The position numbers were made by a program, and so were the translations under genes. DNA of 64,000 nucleotides from Patescibacteria group bacterium (GTDB taxonomy: Bacteria > Patescibacteriota > Patescibacteriia > Buchananbacterales > UBA6539): positions 617,385-681,384 of the forward strand of contig JBAZSB010000001.1 of the NCBI GenBank assembly GCA_041662625.1, read 5' to 3'. Position 1 is the first letter of the stretch; every line of letters starts with the position of its first letter. The notes beneath the pieces are model-generated. The model did no database searches and had not been told where the DNA came from. It saw only the letters and a program-made list of their open reading frames with translations. Shown here one piece after another: positions 27,135 to 36,949 of this stretch.

Positions 27135-27605
27135 ATGTTTCTCACAGTTCATGCGACACTTGGCACTATAATTGGGGAGTATACCGGCAACATCGGCCTG
27201 GCTTTTGCGGCGGGATTTGTTTCCCATTTTATTTTAGATATGATCCCCCACGGTGATCAAGATCTAATGACTAGAGAAAAATCAAACCTCGCAAAACAAG
27301 ATCTGGTTTTGACTGCCAAAATCGCTTCGGCTGATGGTCTGGTAATGATAATTTTTTTGGCCATACTCTATTGGCAACATATTATCCCTTTAACCCTACC
27401 AGTTTTAGCCGGCATTATTGGGAGTATCGCACCTGATTTTATCAATGGTTTTTATTTGCTGACTAAACATCCTTGGCTAAAAAAATATTCTTATTACCAT
27501 TTTGCCCTTCACGATTTTATAAAAATCCGGCTTTCAATTACTACCGGATTTATCTGCCAATTATTAATTGTAATCCTTCTAACTATAGCTTTAATAATTT
27601 TCTAA
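27135..27605 (+). CDS. membrane-bound metal-dependent hydrolase-like protein (YdjM/DUF457-like), paralog 2
   Basis: MFLTVHATLGTIIGEY...FVSHFILDMIPHGDQD...IAPDFING; tandem duplicate of preceding gene. Confidence 0.45.
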   Translation: MFLTVHATLGTIIGEYTGNIGLAFAAGFVSHFILDMIPHGDQDLMTREKSNLAKQDLVLTAKIASADGLVMIIFLAILYWQHIIPLTLPVLAGIIGSIAPDFINGFYLLTKHPWLKKYSYYHFALHDFIKIRLSITTGFICQLLIVILLTIALIIF

Positions 27606-28851
27606 ATTTTCCTGGCTGCTTAAACGGCCCAATTAAAACTAAGTTCAAATTTTGCTCCTGAATTAATTCTTGAGCAATTTTTTTAATCTGTCCTTTTTTA
27701 ACTGCAAAAACTTTTTTTAGCTTTTCTTCTGGCGTAGAAATTTTATTCAGTAATAATTCTTGCTTACCGTACCAATCGGCAACATTTTCTGAATCTTCCA
27801 ATTCTAGAACTAATTTACCTTTCAAAAATTCTTTGGCCGATTCTAGCTCTTTATCAGTAACACCTTGATCCCGAATTATTTTTAGTTCGGCTAAAATTAA
27901 ACTGATCGCTTGGTTAATCCTAGCTTTGTCTAAACCAGCCTGAACTAACAAAGCACCGACATCCTGATAGGCAGCAAAATCAGCTTTAATATAATAAGCC
28001 AAGCCGTATTTTTCCCTGACCGTGGTAAATAAACGCGAACTCATATTCCCACCCAAAATAACGGCTAATAAATAAAGGGGATAAATTTTTGGATCATTCA
28101 GAGAATAGCTGGGGAAGCCCAGGCCAAGCTGGACTTGTTCGGTCGCTTTAAAAAATAATTCAATTTTTGGCTTATTTTGGCTAATTTTAATCTTTTTAAA
28201 ACCATTTTTATTTTTGTGACCCGTATTATTACCAAAGTATTCTTTAGCCAAAGCCCTGACTTTATTTTTATTAAAATTACCGGAAACTGTTAAAATCATT
28301 TTGGCCGGCTGATAAAATTTATTTTTATAATTTAAAATAGCGCGGCGAGAAATTTTTTTAATCACCTCTTTTGGACCAGAGATTATCCAACCTAAAGAAT
28401 TATCCCCAAAAATAGTTTTTTCAAACAGCGCCCCTAAATAGATTAAGGGGTTATCCTGATACATATTAATCTCCTCAATAATTACTCCCCTTTCTTTATT
28501 AATTTCTTGGACGGCAAAAGTTGAATTAAAAAGCATGTCGGAAAGCAAATCAAAAGCCAGCTCAATTTCTTCAGAGGCAACTTTTACATAATAACCAGTA
28601 TGATCTTTGCTGGTAAAAGCATTATATTCGGCGCCGACCGAATCAAGCGCTTTACTAATATCTAAACTCGTAGGCCGACGCTTAGTGCCTTTGAACATTA
28701 GATGCTCAATAAAATGAGAAGCCCCGTTGATACTTCGACCTTCATAACGCGAACCAACCGGTAGTAATACCAAAACCGTCACCGCCTTAGTTTCTTTAAG
28801 CGGCGCAGTGATTAGAGTTAGGCCATTTTTAAGTTTGGTTTTTGAATACAT
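27583..28851 (-). CDS. M16 family zinc peptidase (insulinase / PqqL-like)
   Basis: HxxEH zinc motif in SHFIEHLMFKGT; 422 aa two-lobed M16 architecture. Confidence 0.85.
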   Translation of the reverse strand: MYSKTKLKNGLTLITAPLKETKAVTVLVLLPVGSRYEGRSINGASHFIEHLMFKGTKRRPTSLDISKALDSVGAEYNAFTSKDHTGYYVKVASEEIELAFDLLSDMLFNSTFAVQEINKERGVIIEEINMYQDNPLIYLGALFEKTIFGDNSLGWIISGPKEVIKKISRRAILNYKNKFYQPAKMILTVSGNFNKNKVRALAKEYFGNNTGHKNKNGFKKIKISQNKPKIELFFKATEQVQLGLGFPSYSLNDPKIYPLYLLAVILGGNMSSRLFTTVREKYGLAYYIKADFAAYQDVGALLVQAGLDKARINQAISLILAELKIIRDQGVTDKELESAKEFLKGKLVLELEDSENVADWYGKQELLLNKISTPEEKLKKVFAVKKGQIKKIAQELIQEQNLNLVLIGPFKQPGKFRKLLKL

Positions 28852-28854
28852 AAA

Positions 28855-28945
28855 GAAGTAGCGAGTTAAGCGAGTTAAGTAAATTCAGTGAAATCAGCTG
28901 AACTCGCTTAACTTGCTGAACTCGCTTAACTTGCTATCGGATTCT
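28855..28945. repeat. gene-less inverted/direct repeat element of the GCGAGTTAAG family (same arms as the cassette at 51540-52030)
   Basis: agcgagttaagcgagttaag-taaattcagtgaaatcagctga-actcgcttaacttgctgaactcgcttaacttgct; arms reverse-complementary; each arm internally duplicated. Confidence 0.6.
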
Positions 28946-30345
28946 CAAAATATACTTAATTTTTCTTCAAAATAATCTTTTAGATCACCGACTTTAATTC
29001 TTTCCTGCTTCATCGTATCCCGATCGCGAACCGTGACCGCTTTGTCTTCTAAACTTTCGAAATCAACGGTTACACAATACGGCGTACCAATTTCATCTTG
29101 GCGGCGGTATCTTCGGCCAATTGAAGCCACTTCATCATACTGGCAAACCCAGTTTTGCCGCAAAGTATTAAAAATTTCTTTCGCTGGTTTAGCCAATTCA
29201 GGTTTTTTGGATAAAGGCAAAACGGCAATTTTTATCGGCGCTAATCTTTTATCAAATTTCATTACTACTTCCAATTCTTTGTTTGATTCAGTGGTGGTTG
29301 TCCGGCCGCCGGAAATTTCCGTGTAAGCATCAACTAAAACTGCCAACGTGGAACGGTCGGCGCCAGCCGAAGGCTCAATGACATAAGGAATGAATTTTTT
29401 GCCATCCTCCTCAGTATAGCTCAGGTCTTCTCCGGAAAATTTAGCATGCTGGCTCAAATCAAAATCCTGCCGGTTAGCAATGCCTTCCAGTTCTGACCAG
29501 CCGGCAAAAGGAAAATTATATTCGACATCAGAGCAGGCCTTGGCATAGTGAGCAAGTTCATCCTTCTCGTGCGGCCGTAAACGCAAATTTTCTTTTTTGA
29601 TTCCTAAAATTTTAATATACCAATTTATTCTTTCTTGCAGCCAATATTCATAGTATTTATCTGCCTCTTTGGGTTGGCAGAAATATTCACATTCCATCTG
29701 CTCAAATTCGCGGGTGCGGAAAATAAAATTACCCGGCGTCACCTCGTTGCGAAACGATTTACCGATTTGGGCAATGCCAAACGGCAGTTTCAAGCGCATT
29801 GAATCTTTAACATTTTTAAAATTGACAAAAATCCCTTGCGCCGTTTCCGGCCGCAGATAAACCGTTGCGCTTTCTTCTTCCAAAGGGCCCATAAAAGTTT
29901 TAAACATTAAATTAAACTGCCGCTCTTCGGTTAATTCCCCGCCACACTCCGGACAAACCGGCTTTTTTTTAGGCTTTTCTTTCATTGTCCCTAAGTCTGG
30001 CTTGGCCGAAATCGGGGCTAATAAGTGATCAGACCGAAATCGCTTTTTACATTTTTTACAGTCAACGAGCGGGTCAGTAAAACTTTTTAAATGGCCTGAA
30101 GCCTCCCAGGTTTTGGGGTGCATTAAAATAGAGGCATCCAAACCAACCACGTCATCGCGCTTTTGCACCATTTCTTGCCACCAAAGCCGCTTGATATTAT
30201 TCTTCAGCTCCACCCCTAGCGGACCATAGTCATAGAAAGAATTGAGGCCGCCATAAATCTCAGAAGACTGAAAAAGAAAGCCTCGGCGCTTACAAAGCGA
30301 AACGAGTTTACTCATTAAATCATTACTTTCTTGTTTCTTTGTCAT
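28945..30345 (-). CDS. glyQS: glycine--tRNA ligase (dimeric class II, GlyQS type)
   Basis: 466 aa; class II motifs ([21 protein letters not shown]; [10 protein letters not shown]), anticodon-binding C-terminus. Confidence 0.9.
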   Translation of the reverse strand: MTKKQESNDLMSKLVSLCKRRGFLFQSSEIYGGLNSFYDYGPLGVELKNNIKRLWWQEMVQKRDDVVGLDASILMHPKTWEASGHLKSFTDPLVDCKKCKKRFRSDHLLAPISAKPDLGTMKEKPKKKPVCPECGGELTEERQFNLMFKTFMGPLEEESATVYLRPETAQGIFVNFKNVKDSMRLKLPFGIAQIGKSFRNEVTPGNFIFRTREFEQMECEYFCQPKEADKYYEYWLQERINWYIKILGIKKENLRLRPHEKDELAHYAKACSDVEYNFPFAGWSELEGIANRQDFDLSQHAKFSGEDLSYTEEDGKKFIPYVIEPSAGADRSTLAVLVDAYTEISGGRTTTTESNKELEVVMKFDKRLAPIKIAVLPLSKKPELAKPAKEIFNTLRQNWVCQYDEVASIGRRYRRQDEIGTPYCVTVDFESLEDKAVTVRDRDTMKQERIKVGDLKDYFEEKLSIF

Positions 30346-30387
30346 AAAAATAGATTACCTAATTTCCGACTTTTTTTCAAGCCCAGA

Positions 30388-30951
30388 CTAGATTAAAAGA
30401 CTTAATACCAAAGCGCTAGTGACTGTGACCGTAATATTGTCATTGATTTTAATCGGCAGGCTTTCCACAATTGCAGCCACAATCGCTGTCTTAAAAGCCA
30501 GAGAGAATGCGGCCATTAGACTGAGATCAATTATCATCCACTTTAATAAAATCATGGCACCAATTGTACCAAAAAACACAAAAGCTAAACTCCCGGCATA
30601 AGTTTTATTCTGGTTCCATGCTAATTCTTTAGCCCGAAAATTTTTACCCACTAAGGTGGCCATCCCATCACCCAATGCCAAAATTGCCCAAGCCGCAGCA
30701 ACAATTGACGGAGGGAAAACCAACACCAAAACTAACAAGGTCAAAAAATATAAAATGGCCCCCTCACTATACTTTTTTTCAAACTGACGATAAAGGTGGG
30801 ATTTTATCCTGAGTTTAGGAACCAAAAAAAGAGTAAAGAAAAGCAACAAGAAAAGAATCCCGACCGCTTGGAAACGGCTCAGGTATTTTAAAAGAAAGGC
30901 AAACAAAAAAAGCAAAACATGGATTCCTTGACGTTTTTCTTCACGAAACAT
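30388..30951 (-). CDS. small polytopic membrane protein, CdsA / dolichol-kinase-like CTP-transferase family (tentative)
   Basis: LGDGMATLVGKNFRAKELAWNQNKTYAGSLAF resembles the CTP-transferase C-terminal motif (G-D-G-x-A-x5-G ... K-[ST]-x-E-G-S). Confidence 0.35.
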   Translation of the reverse strand: MFREEKRQGIHVLLFLFAFLLKYLSRFQAVGILFLLLFFTLFLVPKLRIKSHLYRQFEKKYSEGAILYFLTLLVLVLVFPPSIVAAAWAILALGDGMATLVGKNFRAKELAWNQNKTYAGSLAFVFFGTIGAMILLKWMIIDLSLMAAFSLAFKTAIVAAIVESLPIKINDNITVTVTSALVLSLLI

Positions 30952-30956
30952 AGTGG

Positions 30957-31095
30957 TAAAAATTACAAATTACATGACGAAATCCCAAGTACCAAATCCC
31001 AAATATCAAACAAATCACAACTTTTAAAATTCAAAACGACAATTCTGAGCGTTTGGAATTTGGAATTTTGGTCATTGGTGCTTGTTTGGAATTTG
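30957..31095. repeat. AT-rich imperfect palindromic element (left flank of surface-protein module)
   Basis: aaattacaaat...aaatcccaagtaccaaatcccaaat...caattctgagcg...tttggaatttggaattttgg...tttggaatttgtaattctgaatttggtg; close paralog of 36648-36790. Confidence 0.65.
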
Positions 31096-31133
31096 TAATT
31101 CTGAATTTGGTGCTTATTTTTGTGCTTGGAATT

Positions 31134-34100
31134 TTACCCAAAGATACTTTTTTCTGGCGGCGGAGCAGCAGATTTTTTATCTTCTGGTTTTTCTTGAGTC
31201 TTACTAACCTTGGCCTCTGGCTTAATCTCTTCGATTTTTTCTAATTTTTCTTCAATATTTTCGCCAATATCTTTGACTTTTTCTTCGAGTTTTTCTAGCT
31301 CTTCAATTTTATCGGTAATTTCTTCTTCAACTTCTTTGACCTCTTTTTTAGCTTTGATTAACTCTTCCAGTGATTTACGACCAACTTCTAAATCTTCAAC
31401 TTTTTCGGTCAATGACGGTTCAGTGACTGGTTTTTCCACTGGTGGTACTGCCGGAGGAACCACTGGATGTGCCTCAATCACTTTAGCTGGTAGGCCAATT
31501 TTATCACTTGGCGGCGCAACCGGTGGCAGGGGCGGTGTTACTACTGGCGGTGTAATACTTGGCAGCGCTTCTGTAACTCCACCTTTCTTTAAACCGATAT
31601 TGAGTCCAACGATTGCCTCCTTAGCCTTGGCGATTAAATCAATTGCCTCAGTCTTATGAGGCTCATACCCCAATTTTTCAGCAGTCACATAATAGACATT
31701 ATTATTAACCAAGAAGGAATAGCGCCCCCGCGCATCAGTTAAACGGGTTTCCAAAAGCTTGTTATACTGCTTGTCATAAATCCGGGTGATCGCGCGAGCC
31801 AATGGCTTTTTATTATTTTGATCATAAATAATACCCCAGTTCTTCGGCGGTTTTTGATAACCCAGCCGGCGGAATAAAACATAAAGTAAACAATGGAAGC
31901 CAAACATCGTAAAGGTTAAAAATCCCGGACTAATTATCATGGAGACAGTAGCTAAAGGAACTGCTGAAAATGCTGCGGCGTATTGGACTTTGCGTAAATA
32001 ATATTGAAAGATGATTTTTTTAACTGGTTTAGTGTCTTCTTGGGGATCGAGAGGAATATTGGCCGTGATTTCTGCTTTTTGATTCGTCACCTCAATTGTT
32101 TCACCATGATATAAATCAAGAAATTTTACATCTTCTTTTTTATCTTTGAGGTATCGCGTGGGGAAATCAAATTTTGGTTTAGTCACACTTAAATAATAAC
32201 GACCCGGTTCAGCCAAAATTAAATAACGGCCCAGCTTATCAGTGACTCGCGATTGTATCAAGCGATTGTTCTCTTTCTGATATAATCTCACGATTGCTAA
32301 ATCAACTGGCTGCTTGGTCAAAGAATTATAAACCACGCCCCATTTCTTTCGTTTACGCCTAAATAAAGCGGCAAAGGGCTGGGTAATAAAAAATTGTAAG
32401 TAGGAAAGGAAATTAAAAAAGGAAAAAGTAGCGAAAGTATTAATTGCCACAGTAGCAATCAAAATTGGAGCGGCAATCCGATTAGTTTGTTCAACCTGGG
32501 GGTTATCTAATATTTTATCTTGCAAGAATGCTTGAACATTTTTAATAACTTCGGCAAAATTTAATTCACTATTATCAGTTGGCTTGGTACAACCCGGATC
32601 AGCCGGAAAATCAATTAAGCCATCTCTATCATTATCCAAACCATCCAGACATTGGGTCAGCAAAAATCGAAAGTTCGGCGGCAAACCACAGTCAACTGGG
32701 CAAGACCAGACTGTCTCAGCCTCTTCACAAATATTATTGCCACAACAGGGAACAGTAGCTAAACAGCGGCAAGCGGCTAAATCAATTAGTTGGCAGGTGC
32801 TGCAAGCCACTTCACAACCTTCAGTACAAGAACGGGTTTCTGGGGGCCGATCCAAGTTCAAATTACAATTGTTAATGTCATAACATTCCCGCCTTTGAAT
32901 ACCAGCAACACATGCGCCCCAGTTTAAACAAGTCCAATTGGGCGTACAGGGCAAAATACAATCCTGGGGACATTGCTCATGAGTTTCCCCTTGTTCGCAC
33001 TGACCATTACCGCAACAAGGTATCAACTCCTGGCAAACACACTGCTCAATATTAATTTGTTCACAAGTACCACAACTTAAACCGGGACAATTAGGGCCAC
33101 AGCTTTGTTGTAGCGCCGGCGGATTAATGGGCACGGGGCAGGCATTACGGTCGAAACATTCTCGGGTTTGAATCCCATTTAATGGACAAGGGTCTGGCTG
33201 CCAGTCAGTGCATTCCCAATCTGATAAACAATCAACCGGACAATCCACATGGCAAGTGTAGGGATCTTCGGCTGGCGGCTCACAAACATCATTACCACAA
33301 CAATTGACAGTATTTGTACAAGTACAAGTGGCTTCATCAAGCTCCTGACAATCGCCACAAGTCACTCCCGGACAGACACCACAATCTTGTTCATAGTCAT
33401 AATCGGCTTCGCAAGGCGGGATTGTTTGGTCAACGCAAGCTACGGTTTGTTTATTGGTTACTGGATTACAATCTCCGGGGGTACATAAAAAATCCGGCTC
33501 ACAAGCACATTCGGGGTCGCCCGGCTGCGAAGTGTCAGTACAAGTTGAAGCTGGATAGTCACAAAAACCATCACTATCATCATCAATCTGATTATCACAA
33601 ATCTCAACTCCGCCACTAGTCTGAAAGGAACCAGTGGCAACTGTTTGTAGGCTTCCGGCATTAGCGGTAATCCGATAATAATAAACCGTGCTGGGGGTTA
33701 AATTGGTAATATTATGGCTGTAATTCTGCCCGGACAAACTGGCTGAGCCTTCATTAACATCAGTGGTCATCCCCCATTCCAGCAAGGACGAAGTTGATTG
33801 GCAGCGCGTCCGCCAGCCAATAGTGGCAGTCGTGTTGGTAACTGATTCACTGATATTATCAATTAATAACTCATTTTTGCAGTCAGCCGAACAGCAATCG
33901 CCAGAAGTAATATTATTGTCATCACATTCTTCAGTTACTGGATCAAGGCTGCCATCGCCACAACCAACTTCTAATTGGCAGGTGGCTGAGCAACCATCAC
34001 CAGAAACAGTATTGCCATCATCACATTCTTCACCTGGATCTTTGATGTTATTGCCGCAGACCGGAACATAGCAATCTTGGTTAAATTTATTAGTAGTACA

Positions 34101-34913
34101 GCCATTACCGCAAGACACTTCCTGTGATCCAGCCACACATGGGCCGTAACTACAAATCATCGGACCAGGAATACAGGGTGGTGGGCCTTTATTATGGGCT
34201 AAGTAACCTTGGGCAAAATAATTATGGTTTTGGTCAACTTCTAAGTTATAAACTAAAACATCACCAGTTTGCATCTCAACTGCTGAAACAATAATTGCTT
34301 GACCGTCCTCACGCAAAAGCTTATCACCAATTTTTATCTGGCTGGCCTTAAGCCATTGATTATTAACATAAAGCGGGTGGTCAGATGTGACCTTAATTTC
34401 CTGATTAATAACCAAATATTGACTGGCCTGATGTTCAAAAGTTTTGAGAACCACTGACGGTTCTAGCGTTTTAGTTTTTTCATTATAGGAAATGACTAAA
34501 TCACCAACTTTTATTTCTTCAATTGCTAAACTTGAGCCACCAGCCAGGGAAATTTGGGTCCCAGCCAGAAAACACGGCACGCCACAAATACAAAGATTAC
34601 ACTCGGTATCCTCGCCGCAATCTGAACCTGATTCACAGGCTTCACCACATTCCTTAATACTATCACCACAAACTTTATCTGGCCTCGTGCAATCCCCTTT
34701 ACAACCATCACAGTCGCTATTATTACCATCATCACAGACTTCACTTAAAGCTGTCTGAATAATGCCATCGCCGCAACGAGGGGAAACCACATGGGCATTA
34801 ACATTAACATTAGCCGCTTCTGCCTGAGGCAAAAATAAACAAAGAAAAATTAACCCTAAACTCAAGGTTAAATTAAAACCCAGTAAAAAAAACTTTTTAC
34901 TTTCTTTTTTCAT
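31134..34913 (-). CDS. giant Cys-rich cell-surface protein with internal Hint (bacterial intein-like) domain, Myxococcus-type Cys-rich repeats, FN3, tandem ~90-aa Cys modules, TM segments, CarboxypepD_reg-like domains, Pro-rich and coiled-coil tail
   Basis: Signal peptide; Hint domain aa 114-241 (CFLAGTQISLAGG ... VYNLEVDQNHNYFAQGYLAHN); CGDGxxDPxxEECDDGNxxSGDGCSAxC repeats; FN3 (TATIGWRT...YYYRITA); 3x (CxxCxxLxxAxCxCxxxxPCCGNxxCExxE...CPxDC) modules; two WG(V/I)(V/I)Y...TD..GRY domains; EEK-rich C-terminus. Confidence 0.8.
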   Translation of the reverse strand: MKKESKKFFLLGFNLTLSLGLIFLCLFLPQAEAANVNVNAHVVSPRCGDGIIQTALSEVCDDGNNSDCDGCKGDCTRPDKVCGDSIKECGEACESGSDCGEDTECNLCICGVPCFLAGTQISLAGGSSLAIEEIKVGDLVISYNEKTKTLEPSVVLKTFEHQASQYLVINQEIKVTSDHPLYVNNQWLKASQIKIGDKLLREDGQAIIVSAVEMQTGDVLVYNLEVDQNHNYFAQGYLAHNKGPPPCIPGPMICSYGPCVAGSQEVSCGNGCTTNKFNQDCYVPVCGNNIKDPGEECDDGNTVSGDGCSATCQLEVGCGDGSLDPVTEECDDNNITSGDCCSADCKNELLIDNISESVTNTTATIGWRTRCQSTSSLLEWGMTTDVNEGSASLSGQNYSHNITNLTPSTVYYYRITANAGSLQTVATGSFQTSGGVEICDNQIDDDSDGFCDYPASTCTDTSQPGDPECACEPDFLCTPGDCNPVTNKQTVACVDQTIPPCEADYDYEQDCGVCPGVTCGDCQELDEATCTCTNTVNCCGNDVCEPPAEDPYTCHVDCPVDCLSDWECTDWQPDPCPLNGIQTRECFDRNACPVPINPPALQQSCGPNCPGLSCGTCEQINIEQCVCQELIPCCGNGQCEQGETHEQCPQDCILPCTPNWTCLNWGACVAGIQRRECYDINNCNLNLDRPPETRSCTEGCEVACSTCQLIDLAACRCLATVPCCGNNICEEAETVWSCPVDCGLPPNFRFLLTQCLDGLDNDRDGLIDFPADPGCTKPTDNSELNFAEVIKNVQAFLQDKILDNPQVEQTNRIAAPILIATVAINTFATFSFFNFLSYLQFFITQPFAALFRRKRKKWGVVYNSLTKQPVDLAIVRLYQKENNRLIQSRVTDKLGRYLILAEPGRYYLSVTKPKFDFPTRYLKDKKEDVKFLDLYHGETIEVTNQKAEITANIPLDPQEDTKPVKKIIFQYYLRKVQYAAAFSAVPLATVSMIISPGFLTFTMFGFHCLLYVLFRRLGYQKPPKNWGIIYDQNNKKPLARAITRIYDKQYNKLLETRLTDARGRYSFLVNNNVYYVTAEKLGYEPHKTEAIDLIAKAKEAIVGLNIGLKKGGVTEALPSITPPVVTPPLPPVAPPSDKIGLPAKVIEAHPVVPPAVPPVEKPVTEPSLTEKVEDLEVGRKSLEELIKAKKEVKEVEEEITDKIEELEKLEEKVKDIGENIEEKLEKIEEIKPEAKVSKTQEKPEDKKSAAPPPEKSIFG
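34191..34574 (-). other. Hint / BIL domain segment within the 31134-34913 gene
   Basis: Begins with Cys (CFLAGTQI), contains TSDHPLYV, ends VYNLEVDQNHNYFAQGYLAHN (C-terminal HN), as in intein/Hedgehog Hint modules. Confidence 0.7.
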
Positions 34914-35919
34914 TTGGTAATTTTTTTGTTTCCTGTTTTAATTTTTTCACCCGCGAGTTAATCTTAATTAGGATGATTAAAACAAAAAATATGATAATCA
35001 AAGCAATGATTGAAGAAACGGGAATAAACCAGAAACTCAATTCTTGAGTTACCGCTTGCTGACTGTCTGAGCCATAAGTTAAATTCAGGCTTGCTGAATA
35101 CCGGCCAAAGGTGAAATGATTTAGCTCCTCTTTAAGATTTCCCCAAAACTGTTGAATAATATTTGGATAAACCAATGGGCTTCCCCAGATAATTTCAAAT
35201 CTTCTGGTGCTTTGCGGCAAAACATTACGCAATTCTTTATTCACTGGTAAAACTTCTTTCTGGCCAAGCCAATTTTTCAATTCAATTGTCCCAGTCGGCT
35301 GCAGATGAATGTTGCCGGAATTATTAAACCGAATAATAAAATTAATGGGTAAGTGCCAAAAATAATTTTGGTCCCCTTGAATTTTAAATTCCAATAACTG
35401 CCCTTGTTCCACCAGTTCACCTTTAACTTTTAAAAAAATTAAAGTACCAACTTTGCTTTTAATGGTTACTGCGGGCTTTTCTTGAGTCGGTTCCACTTGA
35501 TTCTCCCAAAAAATTACAGCATAGTAGCCCCCAGGGATCGCTTGGGGCGGCACAACCACAGTAAAAGGAACAATAGCGGCTTGTTTTGGTTTTAAAAGAA
35601 TTGAATCTTGACTTAAATTAAACCAATTTAAGAATTCATCCTTTTCCTCCGGGGGTAAATAAACTGGCTGGCCCGCTTCATCACCGGCCTTAAATTTTTC
35701 GATGCTTGGAACCAAAAACAAATTTTGGTCGGTTTCATTATATATTTTAACTACTGCCGGCTGGGTCTGACCGGGATCAGCCTCTAATTCCAGCAAAGGC
35801 GAAATTACTGTGGTGGCCAAAACCGGACAACTAAAAAATAAAGTGAAAAATAAAATAACCAATGAACTAACCGCCAAAATATTAGGCCCCAGCTTCAGAT
35901 TAGAGATAAATAATGACAT
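34897..35919 (-). CDS. cell-surface protein, CscA-like (DUF916/DUF3324-type) with C-terminal TM anchor
   Basis: Signal peptide, two beta-rich domains (…PVYLPPEEKDEF…IPGGYYAVIFWEN…), C-terminal TM plus basic tail (IIALIIIFFVLIILIKINSRVKKLKQETKK). Confidence 0.5.
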   Translation of the reverse strand: MSLFISNLKLGPNILAVSSLVILFFTLFFSCPVLATTVISPLLELEADPGQTQPAVVKIYNETDQNLFLVPSIEKFKAGDEAGQPVYLPPEEKDEFLNWFNLSQDSILLKPKQAAIVPFTVVVPPQAIPGGYYAVIFWENQVEPTQEKPAVTIKSKVGTLIFLKVKGELVEQGQLLEFKIQGDQNYFWHLPINFIIRFNNSGNIHLQPTGTIELKNWLGQKEVLPVNKELRNVLPQSTRRFEIIWGSPLVYPNIIQQFWGNLKEELNHFTFGRYSASLNLTYGSDSQQAVTQELSFWFIPVSSIIALIIIFFVLIILIKINSRVKKLKQETKKLPNEKRK

Positions 35920-35922
35920 AAT

Positions 35923-36642
35923 TTAAAAATTAGACGTGGCCGAGTAAGTCAAAGTAGTGGTATAAGTACCACCAGCCGTATCAGTGGAGATATTAGCAAT
36001 ATAAGAAACCGTAAAAGTCGTTTGACTGATATCATTAGTCGCCGAAGCGACAGTATTGCCGCTGGCAAATTTAAACTGATTTGCCGTATTATAGCCGGTA
36101 GCGGCTGAACCAATTGGCGCAGTACCGCTTGGGTCAGCACCAATAAGTGGGCTGGTATTGGCCACCAAATTAATGCCAAATTGCTTTAATCCAGGGCTGG
36201 AAGCTGTAGCCGCTAATAACGCATCGATACTATTAGTACCGCTGGTTAAAGTTGATCCAAAAACTGTGATAACGAAACCTCCCACCGCATTAGTATCAAT
36301 AACCATAGTATGGCTGTCTCTACCGGTGGTAGAATCGGTTAATTCCCCTAACTCAATGGCCGGATCAGCAATTGAAAAACTTAAATATTGATCAGGATAC
36401 ATCTCACGAAAACCAGCTTTAATGCCATAAGTTGCGGCTGTAGCCGTAGCAGACAAAATTACCGACTCCCCAATCGTGTCCTGGATACCATAATTAGCTG
36501 AACTGCTATCCTCACTGCCACCGGAACTGAAAGCATCGGCCCAAATGACATAATTGGTGCTTTCCATTCTCGCCCAAATTTCACCACCAGAAAAAAACAA
36601 TAAACCGGCGCTAATTAATAAAAAAATTAATCTTTTTGTCAT
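35923..36642 (-). CDS. secreted Thr/Ser-rich beta protein, WxL-domain-like surface protein (tentative)
   Basis: Signal peptide; C-terminal ...TDTAGGTYTTTLTYSATSNF resembles WxL-domain C-termini (YxxxLTWxL) with Tyr in place of Trp; adjacent to CscA-like gene as in Firmicutes csc loci. Confidence 0.4.
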   Translation of the reverse strand: MTKRLIFLLISAGLLFFSGGEIWARMESTNYVIWADAFSSGGSEDSSSANYGIQDTIGESVILSATATAATYGIKAGFREMYPDQYLSFSIADPAIELGELTDSTTGRDSHTMVIDTNAVGGFVITVFGSTLTSGTNSIDALLAATASSPGLKQFGINLVANTSPLIGADPSGTAPIGSAATGYNTANQFKFASGNTVASATNDISQTTFTVSYIANISTDTAGGTYTTTLTYSATSNF

Positions 36643-36647
36643 TTATT

Positions 36648-36790
36648 TAAAATTACAAATCACAAATTCCAAGCTCCAAACAAATTCCAAATTATAATTT
36701 CCAAAATCCAAAATAGTAATTCTCGGGTTTTTGGATTTGTAATTTTGGTTATTGTAATTTGTTTGGAATTTGTAATTTTGAATTTGGTGA
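36648..36790. repeat. AT-rich imperfect palindromic element (right flank of surface-protein module)
   Basis: aaattacaaatcacaaattccaagctccaaacaaattccaaatt...taattctcgggtttttggatttgtaattttgg...tttggaatttgtaattttgaatttggtg; 27/28 identity with the 3' arm of 30957-31095. Confidence 0.65.
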
Positions 36791-36871
36791 CTATACATTA
36801 TGATTTATTCATAATTTAGAGCTTTGAAAAAGCATTCCTTGCTATCAATTATACTAAAAATCCAGCAAGTA

Positions 36872-36910
36872 AGCAAAATTGCCCCCTCGAGTATCTGGGG
36901 GCAATTTTGC
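36872..36910. terminator. bidirectional intrinsic terminator
   Basis: aaaattGCCCCCtcgagtatctGGGGGCaattttgc. Confidence 0.7.
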
Positions 36911-36949
36911 TTAAAAATTTACTAATCAACTCCAAAGGAAGCTTGTAAA

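Noticed and set aside
31210-34758. Multiple ORFs (31210-31659, 32584-32883, 33249-33619, 33763-34071, 34492-34758) antisense to the 1259-aa surface-protein gene
   Set aside because: Embedded antisense ORFs in a Cys/Gly-rich repetitive gene. Low-complexity translations.
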